DNA of 44,359 nt, counting the filler, from Catajapyx aquilonaris (taxonomy: Eukaryota), in NCBI GenBank assembly GCA_000934665.2. It is 2 parts of 2 records of this genome, joined end to end, with 100 filler letters (N's around TTAATTAATTAA, not from the genome) between each part and the next. Parts side by side here need not be neighbours in the genome. Positions count along the whole stretch, not along the records: positions 22,235 to 44,359 come from JYFJ02005914.1; 1 more part is not named here. One strand, written 5' to 3'. A program made the position numbers and the translations under genes. The notes under the pieces were generated by a model. It saw only the letters and a list, made by a program, of their open reading frames with translations. It was not told the origin of the DNA and did not search any database. This document shows positions 26,122 to 35,597 of this stretch, piece by piece. Each line of letters begins with the position of its first letter. Positions within the stretch are counted from its first letter, which is position 1.

Positions 26122-29100
26122 TCATTCGAGTTTTCTAGGACACGCCACCTCCATCACACTGGCATCTTCCCTGGAGATGTCCTTGTCCCCCCAGCCCCAT
26201 ACAGGATTCTCAGGGTGAATGTGTCCATGTTGTGAGTGCAACGAAGGATGTGACCCATCCCCTGTCCTTTGCACCCTCTTCATCACCATCTCCTTGGAGA
26301 CGCTCTTGAGGTCGTAGGCCAACCCTAGGCAGGCGAAGAAGTCGATGAAGGCGGTGGTGATGTTGAACTTGTAGTTGCCCAACTCGGCCGCCTTGTAGTC
26401 CCAAGGGAATGTGTGGTGGTAGTTGTGGTAGCCTTCTCCCATGGCGCCTATGGACACTCCGAGGTTCTCGCTCGGGTTTAGGTTCCTATGGAAAAATCAG
26501 GATATTCATAGTAACATGTTCAGTTTGGCTCGAGTATGCTGATGACTTACTTGTCGTACGGTCTGTTCCCCCACATGTGAGCGGCACTGTTGACGAGCCA
26601 GGTGGCATGAAGGGTGATGCAATAACGAAAAGCTCCAGAGACAAAGTAACCGTTCCAGTAACTCTCTCTCCAAAGGTAGTAGGGCACCAGAGTCGGTATC
26701 AAGAAGCACACGAGCAACACCAAACGCTTGTAATACCTGAGACAAACAAATAATTGCATTATGATGAGCCTATAGTGTCGTCACAAGGGGGACAACAATG
26801 GGTGTAATTTTTGTCCTACTGTTAGTTACTGCTAACTTAGCAGTAACTATAGCAGTGGGACAAAAAATTCCACCCAAAACATCAGCTAAGGCTGCTGGAA
26901 ACAATGTAAGTACAAAAAAATAAATAAATAATCAATTATGTAATTGCCTCATTTGAAACCGAACGATGGGATCGTTCTCCAGGTCGCTCAGCTCGATGGT
27001 CTTGCCCTTTGTTTTAACTTCCGGATGTTTTTTGACCATCAGCCAGCCCATGTGGGAGAAGAAGAAGCCTCGGACGGCATTGTGCGGGTCCGCGTCCGTC
27101 TCCGTGAACTTGTGGTGCACCCGGTGGTCCCTGCACCATTCGTAGATCGAGTTCTGAAAAGTGGGAGGGGAATGGTATGATGATTGCTTTTTTCTGTTCA
27201 TTTGCTACAAAAAAAAATTGATCACACCCTGCAGAATTTTCTTTAAAATTTCAGTAATTAGTTTACCTGGAAGGCCAATGTCTGCATGAAGGCAAGCACA
27301 ACTCTCATGGGCCACTTGGCTTTGTACGAGCGATGAGCCCAAAGTCGATGTGCTCCGGCAGTGATTCCCACTCCTCCCATCACGTACAAAACATAAGCTG
27401 CAATTCACGAGAAAAAAAAATTAATACGTCAGCCAGTACACAACATAAACACGCAGGATCCTTGCTTATTCTCATTACATCAACATATTACATCAACTGC
27501 GTCTGTGAGAAAGAAAGGAATCCAAGTCCACTTTTTTTCAAGATGCAGGACCATCTTTCTCCTCAAATTCTCTCCGTAGGCCTACTACTATTTTGTTAGT
27601 AAACTGCTTCAATATCAATATGTTTAGCATGTAATTTGTTTGTTTGTTTGTTTACTAGCAGCTGCTTTGCTGCATCAAGCCGCAATTATTTTTATCAAAA
27701 TCATTGATATGTATCGATAATTCATTCCCTGATGTATCGATATTCATGGATGACATTCTGCCCTGGGATTGGCTGAATGTGACGACCTTGGCCGTGATTG
27801 GCTGCAGCGACTCATCCTAGCTCCGGACAGACATTCTGAAGGAATTTCTCTCTTTTGTGTATACAGATTGATATGTCCTGCAAAGTTGGATCGTGTAGAC
27901 TTGGGAGACCTTTCTATTCAGACAGACTCGGACTGAAGAATCGCTTACAAAAAACGATGGTGGCCAGCTTGACCTGGAAGCTGAGGGTCAAGTAGAGTCC
28001 GTAAAGGGCGAAGAGATGCAGGAGGATGAATGCGCCCACATTGAACCAGACTATTTGCCTGGTGGCTTTGTAGTCTTCCTGTGTCTGGCTTATGGACTTG
28101 ACCTCTGCTGTTGGTACCTCCCCGTCGTCCTCGCTCAGGACACCAGTTGGTGTTGACACTGTTAGGGTCTTAGTGGCACTGGTTTGCCTGAAGGTGACAA
28201 CAACAGAATAATTTATATAGATTATGAAAAATTGCATAATGAGGTTATGTAACAGGAAGCCTATAAATCCAATCTTTATGAATTTGCATATTTGATCCCT
28301 TATGGCGTCAGAAAATTGGAATCCTAAGCTGTAATTTTAAACTGCGAAAAACAGCGGATTACGGTCATGCCGATCATTGTCAGCTGCAATTTCAAGGGGA
28401 TTAATGGCAGGTTGTCTTATTCATTAGCTGCCAATCTGCCTAAAAGTGTCACTTCTCTACGTACCATTAAGTATAATATTGTAAATAATATATAATGAAA
28501 CCTAAGAACAGTCGCAATAATTATTATAAGGCACACATTATAATAATGCAATTGCTGCCATTATATGATATCATTATCCATCTCCAGGTTGAGCAGCTTC
28601 TATCGCAATTCTTAGCCAATATTGTTACTGTTTTTATGGATGAAATGTTTGGAAATGATTTTCATCTGTACTATTAACTCAAGCTTCACCTTGAAATTAT
28701 TGGAGTGTTTTATATACAATGAGTAAACTGATTACTTAAATAGAACAGAGAAAGTGAATAATACAGCAAATGATATTTCATAAGCTTGAGTGAATATTTA
28801 TATGCGCAGATTCAGACACAACAAAGTAACCTTCGCTCATTTATTTAACGAAATGTCTCTCACTGTGTATGGAGAGGTTTCACTCAAAATATTTCAGTTA
28901 AAAACCGGAAGGTGAAAACCGTTCGGTGGAAATCAGGCTTTTTTGGCAAGCAAGTTTCGTGCTGCTGACTTCGGTTTGACCCCCTTTGAAGTTGAATGCA
29001 CCCCATCAGACAAGTAAGCCTCCCCCATTATGCAAATATCTGCATATAAAACAGTTCCGATGTTCCTTTTTTAAAGCCTCCTCCGACCTTAAACTAGGCC

Positions 29101-29398
29101 AAATGAATGAATGAATGGACGGACTAGACCGTTCCTTTCAAAGAGTCTGACCAGACATATCGGCTCCTTTAGCTTCATAATAATATTGAATTGGATGCAT
29201 TCAATGCAAAGAATCAAAAGCCAACTAGGAAACAACATAACAGTTTGGAAAGCTGTGGGGGGGGGGGGGNGGGGGGGGTTAATTCAATGAAAATTCCGGT
29301 GTTGCTGCATCATATACGGAAGAGAAAACAACAAAAACAGGCTTTCGAGAAATTGAATAATGATGTGTACTGTACCTGTACAAAACCTGGGTAGCCAT
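26122..29398 (-). CDS. SCD: Acyl-CoA delta-9 desaturase (SCD/Desat1-like), copy A, complete, 382 aa
   Basis: Coding exons (minus): 29398-29376, 28187-27949, 27397-27267, 27153-26948, 26736-26551, 26485-26122; total 1149 nt, phases consistent. All introns are GT-AG except intron 4 (GC-AG). Three His boxes HRLWAH, HRVHH, HNYHH are present, with [32 protein letters not shown] and C-terminal VWGWGDKD. Protein starts [29 protein letters not shown]. Confidence 0.96.
26799..26876. repeat. Imperfect ~78-nt inverted repeat in desaturase A intron 4
   Basis: Core TAGTTACTGCTAA-C-TTAGCAGTAACTA, extended by TGGGTGTAATTTTTGTCC and GGACAAAAAATTCCACCCA. Confidence 0.85.
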
Positions 29399-29458
29399 GG
29401 CAGCTGTTGTCTGCTCTAGCTTCTTCTTCTGGTGTGTCTCACTGCCTGTCTGCGAATA

Positions 29459-29497
29459 GAATGAAGCAACATGTAAGCTGGGTGCTGCCTTTTTATA
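29459..29497 (-). promoter_or_regulatory. Proximal core promoter of desaturase copy A (TATA + Inr-like)
   Basis: Minus-strand gcatgTATAAAAAGGC (TATAAA 29497-29492) with TCATTC (29464-29459) about 35 nt downstream. The TATA context is shared with copy B. Confidence 0.7.
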
Positions 29498-29634
29498 CAT
29501 GCAATCCATCAGTTGAGCCGATGATATTCACGCGGGGAGACTATGTTGGTCTAAAGTTATCAGTACTGTACAGTAATGGTGTTATCTGAAATCCGCGAAA
29601 TAAGTTTGAAGCAATTGGCATTGGGCAGGTACAG

Positions 29635-29673
29635 GGGTCAAAGGTTACATGTCTGGACTGAGCTTGGACTTTG
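29635..29673. promoter_or_regulatory. Pair of HNF4-type sites upstream of the copy A TATA
   Basis: GGGTCA-A-AGGTTA (+, 29635-29647) and CAAAGTCCA (-, 29673-29665), 140-180 nt upstream of the TATA. Confidence 0.45.
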
Positions 29674-32600
29674 GTGACATGAGTCGAGAATTATCATCAG
29701 TGACGAAATATGAGGTGATTTAACACATTAGTTAATTCATGTTGTGGATGCAAATCTTTTTTTTTTAATTTTCAAAATTAAGCTCAGGATATCCTGGAGC
29801 TAGGAAACCACCAGGACTTTAGTAAGGTTAAATGTAATTTTCCGGCGAATTTTCACCTTGCTCGAGTGCTGACGGTTGTATAATGCAATTTGCAGTTTAT
29901 TTTCCTTCTGTCATTCGTCGTGCTCTCAGCTAATGTTTGCTAGTAAAATGTTAACAAATCGGGAAAATCCCTCTGTTGGATAGCTACAAATAAATTACCT
30001 GTGGCCTGATTCGCATAAACATGTTTTTGTTTTGTTTAGCGCATATGCCTGATTGACGTGAGTACAAGACACGAATTATTGTTATAGATTCATTGTTTTT
30101 ATTGCATTGTAGTCACTGTGACGTCAAAGGTTTGATTGCTCTGCTTGCAGTGTTTATTTATGTCGCTGCAATTAGACGTAGAATCAATTGTAACAAAGCA
30201 GTTTCATCCAGAATTTGACTTGTGTTTCTGCGCAAAATTTCTTGCGAAACTTTTGCTTTTTTCAAACCCACACAATGACGTGTTTAAAAATTGGCTATTT
30301 TCGTTACCTTGCATTTCGCGTGCAGACTCCAGAGAAAAACTATTGCAAAATCTTTGTGTATCCGTAGATTTTGATCTTTTTTTCCCCTTTAATTCCCCCG
30401 CTGCACAACCATTTAGATGCTAGATTCCCACTTGCCTGTCCCCCTTTTTTGGTTCTTCAAAATCCCATTTTCCACGCCACACGAACTTATATTTTAGTGC
30501 TATATGTATACACGACCACGTTAGACGATTTGTGTTAAATTTCTGCACAGTGCAACAGCTACTGCAGTTAAATACTCATTTCATAACATTAAGTCTCATA
30601 TTTTTATTTATGTTACGACAATATATTTCCCACACGTGCTGTATATGGTAATTTTACAGGTGTTACAATTGTTACATGAATGCCTGTAACATCAATACAA
30701 TAATGCGTTTTAACTTGAAAACATATAGTACCATAACTTTTACCGGCTTTTACTGCCCAACTCTTTAAAAAAAATATGATGAAACGAGAACGTGAAACCG
30801 GAAGCCTCGTAATTTATTCAGTTCCAACCACAAATCTCATGTCCATTATTCAGAAAACAACAACTCAACAAAACAAAAATCGTGGGAAAGAAAGTAGAAT
30901 CGCCATTTCCTGCCTTCTTGACCCTTCTGATTCTCACCTGATGTTTTTCTGCACACCGTACAGTATACCTTTGTACCGTACCTAACGCCACATCCAAAGG
31001 GCACAACAGTCCAACGTACACACGAACATCAATCAGAAGTTGTAAATAGTTAATCGGCAGTCTCATTACAAGCACTTCCCATCGAAAGTGCAAAGTCTAT
31101 CAATGTCGATAGTTTTTTTTACACTTGTTTATTACTTGATTATTTCCAGCAGGGTTGAAGTGACAGGAAATTGTAGTAGATAATTTTTTTATATATCCTT
31201 TGATAAATATTGCTCGGGTCAGGAATTTGCAATATTGTTATACACACCCGGGTTAGGATGACCGGTATAAAAAAAATGTCATTGACAAATTGACGTGAGT
31301 GATGAGCTGATGGCATGTGCTCAAGGACTATAGAGTTAAGGTCACGGTGGCTATAATGTTACAGGCTATCAATCACGTCATTGTTGGCCAGGAAAAAAAG
31401 CGATTGTAAAATATTCTTGGCACAAAAAGGAATATGCTGAGAAGGTGAAAAAAAAAACCCGATGGCACATTATATAAATCATCGTACGATCTATTAATCA
31501 GTGTTCCGCAATATATTGACTACGCAAATGCTGCTAATTTTGCCACAAAAAAAATCCACAACAAATTGTTATTGTGATTTTTCAAGAATCTGTCGATTTT
31601 ACAATCGAGTTGAGCAATTTTTTTAAATGAACTATAGGTCAAATTTTAAAAAATACCCTAGACACAAGGTCAAGGACAGTATTTCTCAATACAACTCTTT
31701 TTTTGAAATAATTGAGAAACATTGCCACATTCTCAATTATTTAAAAGACGCGGTGGGTTAAAAGCTGTCATAAAATACCAAGTTGTTACTGGGCACTGCC
31801 AATAAAATATTGCACTAAATACTTATTGTTACACTTACAAATCCTGATGAAGCGACGAAAGTCATAATGATGGAACTTTACCAAAAAAATCAACAGCAGT
31901 TAATCGCAATTTTCATTGTTGACGTCGCAAAACCAGTCATACCGATCAGCTACTGAAGTTTACGGTTTTTTTAAAGTTTTAAAACGGGGCAGTTGTTGCC
32001 AACAATGAAAACTGGGGATTTTTTTCCCCCCGAAAAGAAACTCTGACTTATAACATACTGCACACGCACACAAAACGGTAATACCTGCAATGAAAAATAC
32101 CGCATAAAATAAAATACATACACATGCACTTATATATGGATCGCACGACATCTGAAACTATTCTAAGAAATCGCATGTGCAAAACCTCTGCAGGTCAGTC
32201 TCTAACGGTATAGAAAAAAAAACAACCTGGCACGCAATGCAACAATATAAAAAGGCACAATGGGGTTCATTCCTCGACCTTATAGGGTTGAATTAATTCC
32301 TGTCTCTCTAACATGGCGCCACCGGTTTCAATTGCAACACTTCCCGTGCAGATTGCGGATATGGACTATTTTTTTTTTTGTTGTAAAGGAAATACTATAG
32401 AGAGGTCAAGGTTCGACCACCTTAAAGAACGTACATAATAATAATAATTATGCTCTCACCTCCATATCCGATTCATGTGGAGAAGGTCATGCCCTTTTGG
32501 CCCCCCCAGAAAAAAAAATTAATCCGGATTAATTTTTTTCAGACACACGCTGTATAATAGAGCTGCCTGTAGCCTCTGGGTCTATAGGCCCGCTAGACAC

Positions 32601-34553
32601 GCGGGCGACTATTACGCTTCACATGCCCCCCCAACCAGTTGCGAAACCCCCCCACTCCCTCCCCCTCTCTCTCTACCTTCTTTTTTGGGGGCAAAAATAG
32701 GACGAATCGATGAATGCACATTTTATCGAGCAAACTATGGAGGAAGAGTCAGTCGATAGACTACGTCTAATGTGCAGCGCATTAAATGTTGGGAGATTAA
32801 TTATGTTAAAAGAGACGTCACATGTTGCATGCAGCTTACTCGTGACTGCGAATATATGATCAGTGCATAATATATCCGTTGTTTTTAGTCGTGCAAGAAA
32901 TAGTAATTATGACGTCTGATGTACTTACCCCTGATTTTGATTGGCACTACCGGTGGTTAGAGTGTACCCTGTAACCTGTACACATGGCATTGCAATTTAC
33001 TCGTGATGAATGACACATACGTGTGGTTTTTTTTTACCGGTTTTTGCTCAGCTCGTCACAACCGCAGATGACAGGCAAAACGTACATGTTTATTAAAGTT
33101 TCATGTACGACGTCCTTTTGACGGAAATGCTGTGCTACATTATCCAGGATATCGCTCATTATTATGTAAAAAAATGTGGCAATGGAACAGTGCGTGATTG
33201 GTATAATCTACATTAAATATGACACTCATACCGGTTATGAGTTAATTGTTTTACAGTATATTTAATACAAATAGTCGCATATTTGCAAAGCCAATTATTA
33301 AAAATATAACTTAATTGTCAGATTTTATTACTATAACCGTTTGGCATTGTCTCAGCGCCTTATGTAAGTTCAATTACTGTATCGCAATAATGTCAAAGCT
33401 TAACTAATTGGGAAAAATTGAAGGTTGAAACTGTCACTAACAATTTGATTTCGGAGCTAACATAAACTGTGGCAATATCGATGTGTCATCATACATGACT
33501 ACTCATTGAGTAATGATGCAATAGCAATACTAATTTCGACTTACAACCTACAACAAAAATTTGCACGTGGTAATAACATTAATCGGTCATGAACACAAGC
33601 AATTCACTTGAATTAGATGCACTTTCATGAAGAAGCCTCCGCTTTCTTTAATGACCTGGTAACACACAACCTTGTGTGATTACAACGACTTTTTTCCGCT
33701 CTTTTTGCACGAGCAATTCAAAACAAACATTATTTTTTTGTGCAAAACAAATCCCCTCTTTTGTACTCAGCAGTACTTTCCCTGCATTGTAGATAAAGTT
33801 CACCCGCGCATTTCATGGATAGAAAAAAAAATGGCAAAAAGAGATCACGAGAATAAGAAAATGGACCTGAAGGGATAGGATATGCGAAGTTGTGGAGGAG
33901 CAATGTTCTGCCTTGGATTTTGCCAAAAACTTGTTGTATGTAACACATTCGACAAGTCAAACTAGTGCAGGGTCCACCTCTCAATAATCATACCTGTATA
34001 ATTATGGAAAAAAAAATCATCCACATAATTTGGCATAACCGGAACCGACTTTCTGCAGATTTTGTAGGCTCCGTTTAAACGCAACCATTCTCTTCATTAC
34101 AATTTTACCAAAATCACCAAAATTTGGCAACATGAGCCAAATTTTGGACAAATTGTGTTCCAACCTCTAGCAGCCACATGAACCTGTTGTGTCCTGTCAT
34201 TGTTGATAACTATATGGTAACTACATACACCTATAGCCAATTCTATGATTATACACTCCAATTTTTTTGTGTTAAATCGACATTTTAAGCCGAATGTGTG
34301 TCCTGTTTTCGATATTTAAATTTGTGAAAAAAGTGATCTATGATACGCAATAGCTGTCATTTAATGCAACCGAAATCAACCAGCATCCTGCCGCCCCCAT
34401 TGTCATCCGCCCCCTCAGCATCCAACTACGTCACACGATCTCCCAGAACTCACCCTTGACCTAGACCTAGGATATGGATCAATAAAACAAGGCACACGTC
34501 GCACCCATCCCCAGTACCCAATAAAATGCCTTAATATTAATGAAAAAACTCAC

Positions 34554-34853
34554 CTGATATATTCTCCCTCCAAATAAAATCCTTTGTTATATTAACTATG
34601 ATCCTCCAACTGTGATCACCTGGACCTTCTTTTTGGAACTGGATCCGAACGCCCTTTGAGCTCGAGCAGAAGTAACAAACTGGATGAAATGACGCGCCGA
34701 TCTGGCTCGACCAATCAGAGCCAGCTTTTCCTGGGCCTTTATGAGCTCACTGTGACGTATCAGACTCGATTTTTCTTTCGTATATAACTTTGGAGGGTGC
34801 TGGTTATAGGGGGGTCCACGTGGTTTGTGGCGTGACCTGGTCTGTCACCTCAT
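34554..34853 (-). promoter_or_regulatory. Candidate distal promoter and non-coding first exon of desaturase copy A
   Basis: Perfect donor CAG|GTGAGT at 34554 preceded by ATG-free sequence. Upstream lie an NF-Y box GACCAATCAG (34709-34718), E-box CACGTG (34817-34822) and SRE-like GTCACGCCAC (34836-34827) and GTCACCTCAT (34844-34853). Confidence 0.5.
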
Positions 34854-35504
34854 GGACAATATGTTCCTATTGGGGGAATGATCGGACCACTCTTTTCAAC
34901 CAGTGTGTATGGAAGCAACCGTCTCCCGAAATATAACAGCCAAGTTTCATCAATTGGGAAGATTCGTTGCATCAGCGTTGCATCATGCAGACGTTCATTC
35001 ATGGTTGGGGCTGACCTTGAAAGTTTGTCCTGCCGCATATTGTTACCGTTGGCACAATATGAGTAAAGTGTCAAAGTGTCCTATTTTTTGACACTGTTTA
35101 CTCCATGAGAAAATGGGAGGATATCTTTTGACCGTCCCACCGCAAACCGCAGGCATAGAAAAAAAAGCGCGCGAAGCGAGGGTTTGCCTATAGTATATGA
35201 CAATACAATGCAACAATAATGTGCTCCTGAGACGAATGAATAAAAGCTAGACGAAATAACGGATGTTTGTCGTGTGGGCAGCATCAGCTGATCTTGACAC
35301 GCGATGACGTCATCAAACAGCCAGAGGACGTACCCACTAACCCGACTATGAATCTATAGACACTCTCCCTGGCAGTCATACTAATCCCTATAGAGACACA
35401 CGTGTGCACTAATGATCTTACATTGACTATTAATTGATGTTTATTAAATTGTTTCTATACGACAGGGTGACTCTAGAGTCTTGGACACATTATTGTGTTG
35501 TGGC

Positions 35505-35597
35505 TTCCAGTTGTTCCAACCGGTTCCAACTAGGAGATTAATTGGCACTAGATAAAGGTGTTGGCACAGTTGGCATTTGGTGTTGGAACAACTGGAA
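35505..35597. repeat. 16-bp perfect inverted repeat with 61-nt spacer
   Basis: TTCCAGTTGTTCCAAC (35505-35520) and GTTGGAACAACTGGAA (35582-35597), with further CCAAC/GTTGG units around them. Confidence 0.8.

Noticed and set aside
26409..27599. Plus-strand ORFs overlapping the desaturase exons (also over TM9SF3 at 43565-43937)
   Set aside because: Antisense shadows of GC3-rich coding exons.
29399..29509. In-frame N-terminal extension of desaturase A (MDCMYKKAA...), with MYKKA also seen upstream of copy B
   Set aside because: The shared MYKKA is just the translated TATA box (ATGTATAAAAAGGC). In copy B it is out of frame with the CDS, so the conservation is regulatory.
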